DNA from: an uncultured Gammaproteobacteria bacterium
Lineage (GTDB): Bacteria > Patescibacteriota > Patescibacteriia > SBBC01 > CAIJZX01
DNA: 64,000 bases
Direction: 5' to 3'
Assembly: GCA_964397195.1 (NCBI GenBank)
Contig: CAYNGY010000001.1
Location: forward strand, 134,586 to 198,585
The translations under genes and the position numbers were made by a program. Below, one piece after another: positions 26,838 through 36,749 of this stretch. The notes beneath the pieces were generated by a model, which was not told where the DNA came from, did no database searches, and worked only from the letters and a program-made list of their open reading frames with translations. Each line of letters starts with the position of its first letter. Positions within the stretch are counted from its first letter, which is position 1.

Positions 26838-29800
26838 ATGACTAAAACACGACGAGTTTTACGGAAACCAGTCATCGCCTTCATCGTTGGGGTGATTGCG
26901 CTTTCGTCGTTCAACGCCCAGCCGGTACGCGCATTATTTTTTATCCCTGAGGTAACCTTCAGCACGACAGTCCAAGATATTCCACGCTCGGTATCTGAGG
27001 CGGTGACGAAAGCGACCGATGCGGTTAAGGCCCGAGTCAAAGACTCAATCGCCATCGCCTTTAAGCAGGCGGCTCGTCAATTCCTTGGGAATGCCGTGCA
27101 ACAAATGGCACTCTCGCTTGCGACCACCCAGCCCGGACAGCTGCCACTTTTCTTACAAAGTCCGCGCACGTACCTCCGTGACGTGGCCGATGCGGCCGCC
27201 GGTGATTTCATCGACGGGTTTACCAAAGGTGTGACCGGCAGTTCGCAGTGTACCAGCCCCGACCCGGTCGTTCGTCAGCGCTGTCTCGAACAAACCGGCA
27301 CGACCGGCGGGAGCGATCCGACCAGTGGTCAACGTGGGCGATTTATCATCTCCCGTCTTTTGCGCGCCGGTTCCGACGCGACGTACCAAGCCTGTCTCCA
27401 AGGGGCACAGGAAAAGCATGGTATCGGGGACGCAAAAAAACTGACACTGACGTCGGTCCCGACCAACTCGATTACCAGCCTTGAAGACATGGATCGCTGG
27501 GGGAAATATACCAACGACTACCAGCGCGGGGTGGCGCTGCTGCTCAGCTTCAAAAAGTACTATCTCGACGTAGCCATTGCTTCCGGTGATCGGGAGATTA
27601 ACTGTATGCACGTCGCGCCACGGCCGGACGTGTCGACCGATCTACAGTGGGACATCGCGCCGGAAGCGTGTGTTGACTCGCCGTGCATGGTGACGCCGAC
27701 CGAGTGTTTGGCGCATGTCCAAGATGCCATCAACTACAACATCGCCGCCTCGCAAAAAGAAGAACAGGACGCACGGACGCAATGTAAGACCGGGCTGGGC
27801 GGTGACGTTCGAAATTATGTCACTCAAGCGACGGCGACCGATGTCTTCGCGGCCGCGGACAACTTTGATATTCGCACCTCGCCGAAACTCATTTCGGCGC
27901 GATTTCAGAATAATAGCGACATCAGTCAGTACTTCCAGGCCGCTGCGCTGTTAACATCGTCGGTCCAGTCAAAGTTGACTGGTGAGGATACCTATCTTAA
28001 TTCCGGGCTCCTGCCGCGGACCTCACGAGTCGGTGACAAAACGCTTGCCCCAAAAGAAGCGGCCTCGGCCCTCTTCGGTATTCCGTTCTACAACAACAAC
28101 GGTGAGTTAACGTATACCGGGACTGGCGCCGCCGACATTATTCGTGGCCTGGCGTCATTTGTGAACAGCCCGGTTGGAAAAGCACTCTTTACGTATTTCC
28201 GAAGCCAGTGTGGCTTGAACCCGAACGCCTGTAAGGGGCCGACGAATACGCAATCAGAAATTGGACGGATGCTCTTTGGTACTGGTGGGGCGACCGGGAT
28301 TGCGGCGGCGCAAGTCCAGTATGCCTCGATCGGTCAAACCGACACTATTACCGGTAGTCCGGGGAAAAATGACATTGATATCCTCGGCCAGCTGACCTCC
28401 TCGGGGATTATTGACCAAGCATTGCGCACCGCCGTCGACGAAGGTCTGACGGTCCAAGAAGCGCTGGACCGGAATTTGCTGAGCAAGAAGAAAATTGTTG
28501 GATTTGATCGGAATGGGATCGAGCCGACAAATGGCTATCCGTACCGGACGCTCCAATATCTCCGCAAGTACCGAATTATTTCGGTCGGGTGGGAACTCGC
28601 GGCGAAGTATGCCTATCAGTTTGCCTCCAATGAGCTCACCCTAGACACGCTAACGAAACAATATAGTCTCTGCGCCCAAGATACTGCCCATAAAGTCTGT
28701 TCTGACTCTCTCGTTGCCTGCACCGATTCGAGTCAATGTAATCAAGACGACGGTGAAACCTGCGGCGCGTCACCATACTGTGGCCTCGTCGATCCAAACT
28801 GGGTCCTGAAAGCACCGCAAACATTTTGCCGACGTCAGGGGGCGGGCGAAGAAATAGTCACCAAGGAATTTGTGTGTGACGTCAATAACGTCGACAAGAC
28901 TACCGGCGATGTTATTCCGACTGGCACGGTCTGCGACGACGGGACAAACGCGAATGCGGTCTGCCACGACACCGCCGCGCCGAACTGTGTTGAGAACGAG
29001 GACAACAATCAGTTTCCAGACATCGGACGCTGGGTTATTTCCCGCAACACCGACACCTGTGCCGATAGTCAATCATGTTTGGCTGAAGATGAAGACGGGA
29101 CATGTCTAGCCTATGGGTACTGCGTGCAAGAGCGTCAGACATTCAAATTTGGTGGGACGTCCTGCGAGGCTCAGAATATCAGCTGTACATCCTATACTGA
29201 TTCCTCCGGGGCAGCCGTCTCATACTTAGCAAAAAACCTCGACACGAATTGTAACGCCGACGATGTCGGATGTCAGTGGTACTGCGCCAAGCCGAGTTAT
29301 AATGACACCAATAAGCAGTGGCAGTGCACGGCGACCACCGGAACAAAAGTTCACCTAACCGCCAAGGCTGACGATTGTAAGGCCGGTGACGCTGGCTGTC
29401 GTCAGTTTATTCGTCTGACGCCGGGCACGAACTTCCTGCAAAATGGCGGCTTCGAATACTATAACGGGAATCGGATTGATGTCGATCCGGCCACCTTTAA
29501 TGGCTGGACCGCACCGGTGGCTCGCCTCACGCCAATCACGTCTACCGACAGCGACAACACGGTTGGCAACACCGTTGCCGCCCGGGCACAATTTACCCTG
29601 GCCTCGGACACGATCCGACAGACGGTGAACATCGGTGCATCCCCGAACGGTCGGGTTTTCACTTTCTCCCTTCGCGCACAAGCGGCGACCAGTTGTTCGG
29701 CGGAAATCACCCTTTGCACCGGGAGCGATTGCCAAACATCGGCCGTCCACCCGAGCGCCACGTTTACGGCGACACCGAGTTGGGAAACGTATGCGGTGAC

Positions 29801-32486
29801 CATGGCTGTCCCGAGCGCCGATATCACGCCGATCAGTTCAACGCTACTCACGGCGGTCATCCGTCCGGATGGTTGTCATGATGCTGGATTTGCGGTCGAC
29901 AGCGCTCAGGTCAAAGAGTCGAGCGAGACCTCAACCTTCAGCGAATACGGCACGACCAATGTTGTCCATCTGAACGGTCAACGCCGTACGTGTGAGGCGG
30001 CCGATATTGGGTGCGAACGGTACACTCCAGTGGCGGGTGGCGCCGTGGTCAACGGTATTCTCGCCTCGGAAAATCTGTGCACCCGCGATCAGGTCGGCTG
30101 TCAACAATACGAGCGTCAACCGATTACCTCGGTTCCGTATCGTGACGCACGTCCGAATCAACCCGCAACGGGCGTTGATGTCACGATTGTCGCCGCCCAA
30201 GGAAAGCTCTGCTCGGCAGCGGAAGTCGGCTGTGAAGAATATACCAACCTCGACGCGGTCAAAGCCGGTGGCGAGGGGAAAGAGTATTACCAAACGGCGC
30301 GACAGTGTGTACCAACCACATCAACGGTGGCGAAAAAAACCTATTACACATGGATTGGTGATCCGGAAAAAGGATTTGTCCTGCAATCCCAGCAACTCGT
30401 GGTCTCGAATTTGAATGGTGGTCCATGTGCCCAGATGGGACTTGGTCGAAGTGATGGTACGCTACCGACCTGCCGCGATACGGCCGCTACAATCAATGCA
30501 GCCGCTTGTCTTCAGGGCGACCTCGCGTCTGACCCGGATTGTGCGGAGTTCTATGATTCCGATCTGAACGTCTACTACATGCATCGCTCGGCGACTGTCC
30601 CGGTCAGTGCCGACTGTCATCCGTATCGAAATACAATCGACAGCACCGAGCCAACGTGTCAGGCGGGTCTCTGCTCAAGCGGTGGCTTCGCTGGCCAAGC
30701 ATGCTCGGCTGACAACGACTGCCGCAACGGCGTCTACTACATGGCCAAGAAGCAAAACACCTCGTGTTCTGCTGCTGCCGCTGGCTGTCGCGAATTCATT
30801 GGGAATAGCGGCCGGGCCTCACGACAGATTTTCCAGGACACGATGGAGAAGTCGAGCCTCTCGAACTGGGTCGGTGGATCGTGGAGCGCATCTTCTCCAA
30901 ACGCTTCCGGTCACTCCATCCGTATCGATCCGCCAAATAGTTCCACCAAGGGCGTGGCCTTTACCGTTACCAGCGCCTTGAAGGGGAAGGTGGCGACTGG
31001 AAAATCGTATCTTCTGACTGTCACCGCCGCGGCGGCCACGCCGGGTGATGATATTCGGTTGCGAGCCTTCTTCGGTCGCGGGAACGATGTCAGCGGCTCG
31101 TTCGATGAGCTCGGGGGTGTCGCCTTCCAGCAAAATGCGGGTGCCCAGCTAGTGTGGAACGAATCCATTACGCCGGCCGGCCCCGAGTGGCATTCATACA
31201 CGCTTGGTCCGATTTCTCTTTCCAACGCGGTCGATCCGGACTGGCGCCTCGGCCTCGTGGTTGAGGGTGGCTCAGGGTATGTCGACAATGTGAAGCTGAC
31301 TGAGATTAATGATCGAACGTACGTCGTCAATAATTCTGCGCCGCTCTGTCCGGCTTCCGCCATTGGCTGTCAGGCTTACCGTGATCGCGCCGGGTCGTTA
31401 AACTACGCCACTTCATTCGCCCGACTCTGTAATGATAAAGTTGTCGGTTGTGAAGCGATGATTGACACACAAAACAGCACCACGCCGTTCGAGCAAACGG
31501 TCAAAGGTGTGACGACGCCGGCCGATCGAATCGTAACCGTAGTGAATGATAGCGCCAATTACTGCAACGCCAGCGCGAAAGCCTGTGAAATGGTGGGCGA
31601 GCCGGTCTATGGCCGCGATGACACCATTGCGAGTTTCAAAACCGTGTATAAGATCATTGATCCAGACCAATTCTCGACGGATCTGTGCTCAGCTGAAGCG
31701 GTGAGTTGTGAGGCGTATACGACACAAGAAGGGACAACCGTTTACTTCAAGGACCCACGCGGGCGGACCTGCGAGTACCGGAGTGGCGGTTCCATCACCG
31801 GCGGCTGGTTCATTACCGGTACCTCCTATCGGTGTCCAACAGTGACGCCGCCAACCGTCAGTCAACCAATTGGTGCATCATGTACACCGGTCTGTGCCGG
31901 CGGAACGCGGGACGGGAAAGCGTGCAAAACGGTTGGATCGTCAGCTGAGTGTCCGGGAAGCCCGGCGGGTGTTTGCACGGGGAATGCCGCTACGACCGGA
32001 AAGATAGTGGTCGATGGGAATCCCGTTGTCGGTTCGTGTACGACTGATACGCAGTGTGGAACGAACAAGTGTCGATACTTGGTTGGGGTGTGTCCGAGCA
32101 CCGAAAACGGATGCACGGAATACCGTGACCCGACCGAGCCCGTGAATTGTCGTGCTGAATGTCCACTTGAGTTGATGGGCGGTACTCCATTGTATGTCGA
32201 CGCGAGCTGTACGAAAACGGTTTGCGCGAGCTCGGACCCGGCCAACAAGCGGATCGGTCAAAACTGCCAAACCAGTGATCAGTGTACATATGCCGGTATC
32301 CCGGGAACGTGTGTCGGAGCTGATAATAATGTGACGACCGGGGCGCCGGGCTGTCGCGCCTATACCTTAATTCGGCAATCGGTTGAAGACACCGCCAGCG
32401 ATTGTAATGGTCAGATTAATACCGCCACCGGCTGCCGGCCGTTCTATGATACGTCGAATTCGTCCCTTAACTTCCGCGGCCAATGA
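26838..32486 (+). CDS. Giant (1882 aa) secreted/surface protein with at least 13 copies of a C-x4-5-[GAS]-C-x2-[YF] cysteine repeat
   Basis: N-terminal signal-anchor MTKTRRVLRKPVIAFIVGVIALSSF. Repeats include CNADDVGCQWY, CKAGDAGCRQF, CEAADIGCERY, CTRDQVGCQQY, CSAAEVGCEEY, CSAAAAGCREF, CPASAIGCQAY, CNDKVVGCEAM, CNASAKACEMV, CSAEAVSCEAY and CPSTENGCTEY, spanning 29.06-32.45 kb. Confidence 0.85.
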   Translation: MTKTRRVLRKPVIAFIVGVIALSSFNAQPVRALFFIPEVTFSTTVQDIPRSVSEAVTKATDAVKARVKDSIAIAFKQAARQFLGNAVQQMALSLATTQPGQLPLFLQSPRTYLRDVADAAAGDFIDGFTKGVTGSSQCTSPDPVVRQRCLEQTGTTGGSDPTSGQRGRFIISRLLRAGSDATYQACLQGAQEKHGIGDAKKLTLTSVPTNSITSLEDMDRWGKYTNDYQRGVALLLSFKKYYLDVAIASGDREINCMHVAPRPDVSTDLQWDIAPEACVDSPCMVTPTECLAHVQDAINYNIAASQKEEQDARTQCKTGLGGDVRNYVTQATATDVFAAADNFDIRTSPKLISARFQNNSDISQYFQAAALLTSSVQSKLTGEDTYLNSGLLPRTSRVGDKTLAPKEAASALFGIPFYNNNGELTYTGTGAADIIRGLASFVNSPVGKALFTYFRSQCGLNPNACKGPTNTQSEIGRMLFGTGGATGIAAAQVQYASIGQTDTITGSPGKNDIDILGQLTSSGIIDQALRTAVDEGLTVQEALDRNLLSKKKIVGFDRNGIEPTNGYPYRTLQYLRKYRIISVGWELAAKYAYQFASNELTLDTLTKQYSLCAQDTAHKVCSDSLVACTDSSQCNQDDGETCGASPYCGLVDPNWVLKAPQTFCRRQGAGEEIVTKEFVCDVNNVDKTTGDVIPTGTVCDDGTNANAVCHDTAAPNCVENEDNNQFPDIGRWVISRNTDTCADSQSCLAEDEDGTCLAYGYCVQERQTFKFGGTSCEAQNISCTSYTDSSGAAVSYLAKNLDTNCNADDVGCQWYCAKPSYNDTNKQWQCTATTGTKVHLTAKADDCKAGDAGCRQFIRLTPGTNFLQNGGFEYYNGNRIDVDPATFNGWTAPVARLTPITSTDSDNTVGNTVAARAQFTLASDTIRQTVNIGASPNGRVFTFSLRAQAATSCSAEITLCTGSDCQTSAVHPSATFTATPSWETYAVTMAVPSADITPISSTLLTAVIRPDGCHDAGFAVDSAQVKESSETSTFSEYGTTNVVHLNGQRRTCEAADIGCERYTPVAGGAVVNGILASENLCTRDQVGCQQYERQPITSVPYRDARPNQPATGVDVTIVAAQGKLCSAAEVGCEEYTNLDAVKAGGEGKEYYQTARQCVPTTSTVAKKTYYTWIGDPEKGFVLQSQQLVVSNLNGGPCAQMGLGRSDGTLPTCRDTAATINAAACLQGDLASDPDCAEFYDSDLNVYYMHRSATVPVSADCHPYRNTIDSTEPTCQAGLCSSGGFAGQACSADNDCRNGVYYMAKKQNTSCSAAAAGCREFIGNSGRASRQIFQDTMEKSSLSNWVGGSWSASSPNASGHSIRIDPPNSSTKGVAFTVTSALKGKVATGKSYLLTVTAAAATPGDDIRLRAFFGRGNDVSGSFDELGGVAFQQNAGAQLVWNESITPAGPEWHSYTLGPISLSNAVDPDWRLGLVVEGGSGYVDNVKLTEINDRTYVVNNSAPLCPASAIGCQAYRDRAGSLNYATSFARLCNDKVVGCEAMIDTQNSTTPFEQTVKGVTTPADRIVTVVNDSANYCNASAKACEMVGEPVYGRDDTIASFKTVYKIIDPDQFSTDLCSAEAVSCEAYTTQEGTTVYFKDPRGRTCEYRSGGSITGGWFITGTSYRCPTVTPPTVSQPIGASCTPVCAGGTRDGKACKTVGSSAECPGSPAGVCTGNAATTGKIVVDGNPVVGSCTTDTQCGTNKCRYLVGVCPSTENGCTEYRDPTEPVNCRAECPLELMGGTPLYVDASCTKTVCASSDPANKRIGQNCQTSDQCTYAGIPGTCVGADNNVTTGAPGCRAYTLIRQSVEDTASDCNGQINTATGCRPFYDTSNSSLNFRGQ

Positions 32487-35400
32487 TGACCTCGCGCCGC
32501 CATTTGCAACAGCGATTAGCGCTCGGTTTCGGCGGGATCATTTTTGGGGCCCTGGTGGCTACTATGCTCACCCAACACGCCATTGCCGCCAGTGCCTTAG
32601 CAGTCTGTCTCGGACCACAAACTCGTGGGAATGGTGAGGACTGTTTAACGGGGTTAGTCTGTGTTGGCGGAGTGAATCTCGGCGAGTGCACCGATTTTGT
32701 GACCACCGTGACCAACTCGGTGTCGGGGGTAAACTCGATCCAAGTTACGATCAACGCGAATGCTGAGGTGCCCCCGAGTTTCTCATCCTCGTATTGTCTG
32801 GGTACCACCACATCGTGTGGGACGCCGACAACCAAACCGACATTGTGGAGTGCACCGATCAATGGTGTTGGTGGTCGGACCTTGACGATCAACGGTCTTC
32901 GTCCGGGGCGAGCCGTTAACCTCTCATTTACTGGTGTATTCCAATCAACGACCAGCATCATCGACTATTCTAGCTACACTATCCCGGGGTTAAAACCAAC
33001 GGGTGTCAACGTGACGAACCTTGCCTCAGGGTCACCGACCCTCGCCTGGACAACGCAAACGCCGGGAACCACACAGGTCACTTATTCCGAGAGCGCTCCG
33101 GCGTGGACGAATGAGAGCCTAACCCTGCCAAGTTCGGAGACAATGATGGCCATGACCGCGCTCCCGAACCGTTCGGCGTGGGCAGTGACCAACAACGGGA
33201 AAGTGTTTGGAACAACGGGTACCACCTGGAGCGCCGCTCAATATACGGATTCGGCCTCTCGCGTTATCCGTGGCGTGGATGCGGCGAGCCAAAACTGGGT
33301 CTGGGCCGTCGGCGAGCTGGGCGGCACGCCAGCCCGGCCGATTATTCTGCAAAGTACGAACGGTACGAGTTGGACGAGTATCACACCTTCTATTTCTATT
33401 GCGAACCACCTCTACGCGGTTTCAACGCCGACGACAAACTCCGTCTGGATGGCTGGTGACGGTCAAAAAGTCTACGCCTTACAAAATGGTGTTTGGTCGG
33501 ATAAAACGCCAAACAACCTAGCGTCATCACAGCACTTCTTTGCAATTCTGGCTTTGAATAACCTTGATGTTTGGGCGGCCGGGAGCGGCGGCCAAGTGGC
33601 GCATACCACCGATGGCGGTGCGACATGGAATTATACGACCCTGCCAAACGGAAGCGGCGTCGGGGTAGCCTCGCTCGCCTCGGTTGATGGGAAAACCATT
33701 TGGGCCGGCGGATCGAGTGGCCACCTCTGGAAGTATCCAGTCAGTCCCACGAATCTGACCTGGCAGCAAGTCAGTTTACCGTCCGCCTCGAATATCGTGA
33801 ACGTTGCCCTCTCGGCTCCTGATGATGTCTGGTTTAGCCAGGGTGGCTTCGTGGTTCATATCCCATCCGGCTCAAGTACGCCGGTGTACGATCCGCAACC
33901 AGCGAGTGCGCTCGGTGACTCGTTGATACAGGCGGTGGCGCCGATTAGTGCCACGCGTGTTTATGCGGCCACGAATAACCACACGGCTCTCTACGGCCTG
34001 ACGGGGACTACCATCCCAGACTCCTTATCGACGACGACGCATGCCATAAGTATTCCGTCGACGTCGCTGGTCCGGAATCAATTGTATTATGCTGCCCTCG
34101 AATCGTGGAACTCTGGGTATGTGACCGGGGCTTTTACGACGTTCTTGACGCCGTTACCGGATACTGAGCCGCCAACAATCACGTTTACCTCTCCCGCGAG
34201 CGGCGATACAGTCTATACGCACGGCACGGGCGCTGATACACAATATCTCGTTCGCGGGACAATCGCTGATAATATCTCACTGCAAGACATGTGGATGTGT
34301 GATCCGTTTGTATCATGTTGGCCGCGGCCGGATGCATATCATTTAACGAATATTGCGCCGAGCCTCCCAATCTCAGGAACAAATGTGAACGCCATATGGA
34401 ATCAGACGGTGGTCGCAAATTCGGCGACCGGCAGCAAAGACGAAGAATTCAGAGTTTTTGATGGACAGAATTACGCTACCAAAACCCTTCATGTCATATA
34501 CGATGGCACGGCACCCGCCGTAGACTTCAGTCCCGAGTCTTGGGCCTATCTTGGATCATTCGGCACCGTTCGCGTCAGTAGTTTACCGTTTACCGTCACC
34601 GGAACTGTGTCGGACACGAACCCAATTACCCGTTTAGAATATCAGTTGAATGGCGGGGCGGCGCAGTCGTTGACCATCCCGACGCTGCCGGCCACGAACT
34701 GGAGCATCACCTTCCCGGTGAACTCATTGATCGCGGGGGATGCGGGGAATGAAATCATCGTTCGGGCTTTTGATGCCGCCGGAAATGTCGGCGTATCGAA
34801 TGCAGGGTATCTCTATTACGATGCACCAACATTCACCCTCTCGGCGAACCCGTCTACTGTGCAACGCGCGCCACAAGGTCAGTCGGTCACATATACTGTT
34901 GATGTGCACCCGCTCTACGGTTTTAATCAGCCCGTTACATTTACCTCGAATAACGCCAACGGCCTAGTGGCAACGTTTTCACCAAGTACCATAACTAGTC
35001 CGTATACCGGTGGGGTGACGATGACGGTGGCAACTTCCGCGGCCGCTCCGACGGCCGGCACATATCGTCTGACGGCCACGGGCACCGGCGACGGTCAATC
35101 AGCCGATGTGGCTGTCGATATTGGGGTTGATGTCGCGCGAAACTACACGCTCTCGGCCGCTCCAAATAGTCCGCTACCGAATCTTATCGCTGGGAACACC
35201 GGGTCATATGCGTTGACGATGAAAGCGAATGAATCATTTGCCGGTACGGTTGCTTTAAGTGTGACCGGGTTGCCGTCTGGGGTCACATCTCGCTTTATCC
35301 GTGGTGGCGTCGCGGTCACCACCGCCACATTTGCCGCCAACGAACTCATTGACGATGTGGCACTCGAAGTCACGGCCGCCGCGAGTGCTCCAGCCGCTAC

Positions 35401-36742
35401 GGCCGCTCTCGTGATTCGCGGGGTGACGCCGGGCCTAACCGATCGAACGGCGAATGTAACGCTCGTCCTCTCCGCGCAACCCGACTTTGATTTGACAATC
35501 ACGCCGCCCGCTCAAAATCTAACCGCCGGTGGTGCGGATACGTTTTTTGAGGCGACGTTAAGCAGTATCAACAACTTTAGCGGACAGGTCAGCGTCGGAT
35601 ACTCGGTGAATAATGAAACCGGGATTGTTATTCCGCAACCACAGCAGTTCAACGTCAGTCCAACGAGTTCGCCGACCTTCCAAATTCATGTTCAAGCATT
35701 GAATACGGCTCGGACCGGTGTCTACCCGCTCATCATCACGACTAGCCAACTTCCACTCACCCACGAAACACGAGTGAACCTGAATGTCACCGGTGATACA
35801 ACCAACCCGGTGATCACAAACATTCAGGCCATGCCCGGTTGGGACTCTGTCACCATTTCATGGGACGTGAATGAGCCGGCCGATGGTTCGGCGATTGTCG
35901 GGGGAATTGGCGCTCTCGGTTCGGCTGCCTGCGCCACGATGCCATGTCACCACTCTATCAACTTCCCGTCGGGACTATCACCGAGCACAACCTATTCGTA
36001 CTCGGTCGTCTCGCATGACATTTCACCGCAGCGGAACACAACGACGGTTTCAACCAAATCAGATGGCACGCCACTCCAATTCACGACCGCGGCCGCACCG
36101 GATGCAGTTCCGCCGAGACTAGAGTCAGTCGATAACCCGGCGGCGGCGATCGACCCGCCAGTCATCATTGGTTCAATTACCATGACTGGTTTGGCGACGG
36201 ACAATGTGGCCGTTACCCGCGTCCAGGCAAAAATTATTTCGTTGTCTAATCCGGCCTACACCGTCGTCCGCACCCAAGATTGTAATACGACGTCGTGTGC
36301 CTTCGCCATCCAGTGGGTGACTGACCGGAACACACCGAATGGTCTCTACACCATCGAATTCCAAGCCTTCGACAGTGACAATGCAAGCAACATCGTGACC
36401 CGACAAGTCGATGTTGAAAATGACTTTAATGCTCCCGAAATCTTTAACGGACCCAATATTGAGGTCGCCCCAACCTGCGGCACAGGCGAATGCTATGCCA
36501 TAATCACCTGGCAGACGAACTCGTTAGCGACCTCGCAGATTGATTACGGGGCCTCGGCCTCATGTTCAGTAGATGACGGTACCTGTTTATATCCACTCGG
36601 TCCGGTCTACGATGACGCGGCGAGCACCAATCCAAGCTATCGGACGCGGACCCACACCGTGACCCTCCGGAATCTTGAAGATCATCAGATCTATCACTAT
36701 CAGATTACCAGCTGTAATGGAAATAATATCTGTGCGTACTAA
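32483..36742 (+). CDS. Giant (1419 aa) surface protein: N-terminal signal-anchor, BNR/Asp-box beta-propeller-like region, and multiple Ig-like/beta-sandwich segments
   Basis: ATGA overlap with the upstream gene. Asp-box motifs STNGTSWTS (about 33.35 kb) and TTDGGATWNYT (about 33.61 kb). A long Thr/Ser/Val-rich beta-strand-like region follows. Confidence 0.85.
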   Translation: MMTSRRHLQQRLALGFGGIIFGALVATMLTQHAIAASALAVCLGPQTRGNGEDCLTGLVCVGGVNLGECTDFVTTVTNSVSGVNSIQVTINANAEVPPSFSSSYCLGTTTSCGTPTTKPTLWSAPINGVGGRTLTINGLRPGRAVNLSFTGVFQSTTSIIDYSSYTIPGLKPTGVNVTNLASGSPTLAWTTQTPGTTQVTYSESAPAWTNESLTLPSSETMMAMTALPNRSAWAVTNNGKVFGTTGTTWSAAQYTDSASRVIRGVDAASQNWVWAVGELGGTPARPIILQSTNGTSWTSITPSISIANHLYAVSTPTTNSVWMAGDGQKVYALQNGVWSDKTPNNLASSQHFFAILALNNLDVWAAGSGGQVAHTTDGGATWNYTTLPNGSGVGVASLASVDGKTIWAGGSSGHLWKYPVSPTNLTWQQVSLPSASNIVNVALSAPDDVWFSQGGFVVHIPSGSSTPVYDPQPASALGDSLIQAVAPISATRVYAATNNHTALYGLTGTTIPDSLSTTTHAISIPSTSLVRNQLYYAALESWNSGYVTGAFTTFLTPLPDTEPPTITFTSPASGDTVYTHGTGADTQYLVRGTIADNISLQDMWMCDPFVSCWPRPDAYHLTNIAPSLPISGTNVNAIWNQTVVANSATGSKDEEFRVFDGQNYATKTLHVIYDGTAPAVDFSPESWAYLGSFGTVRVSSLPFTVTGTVSDTNPITRLEYQLNGGAAQSLTIPTLPATNWSITFPVNSLIAGDAGNEIIVRAFDAAGNVGVSNAGYLYYDAPTFTLSANPSTVQRAPQGQSVTYTVDVHPLYGFNQPVTFTSNNANGLVATFSPSTITSPYTGGVTMTVATSAAAPTAGTYRLTATGTGDGQSADVAVDIGVDVARNYTLSAAPNSPLPNLIAGNTGSYALTMKANESFAGTVALSVTGLPSGVTSRFIRGGVAVTTATFAANELIDDVALEVTAAASAPAATAALVIRGVTPGLTDRTANVTLVLSAQPDFDLTITPPAQNLTAGGADTFFEATLSSINNFSGQVSVGYSVNNETGIVIPQPQQFNVSPTSSPTFQIHVQALNTARTGVYPLIITTSQLPLTHETRVNLNVTGDTTNPVITNIQAMPGWDSVTISWDVNEPADGSAIVGGIGALGSAACATMPCHHSINFPSGLSPSTTYSYSVVSHDISPQRNTTTVSTKSDGTPLQFTTAAAPDAVPPRLESVDNPAAAIDPPVIIGSITMTGLATDNVAVTRVQAKIISLSNPAYTVVRTQDCNTTSCAFAIQWVTDRNTPNGLYTIEFQAFDSDNASNIVTRQVDVENDFNAPEIFNGPNIEVAPTCGTGECYAIITWQTNSLATSQIDYGASASCSVDDGTCLYPLGPVYDDAASTNPSYRTRTHTVTLRNLEDHQIYHYQITSCNGNNICAY

Positions 36743-36749
36743 CTCGCTC

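Noticed and set aside
36675-36749. Upstream start of the third giant protein at 36675
   Set aside because: It would overlap the second giant gene by 68 nt. The Met at 36750 lies right after that stop and begins the signal-anchor.
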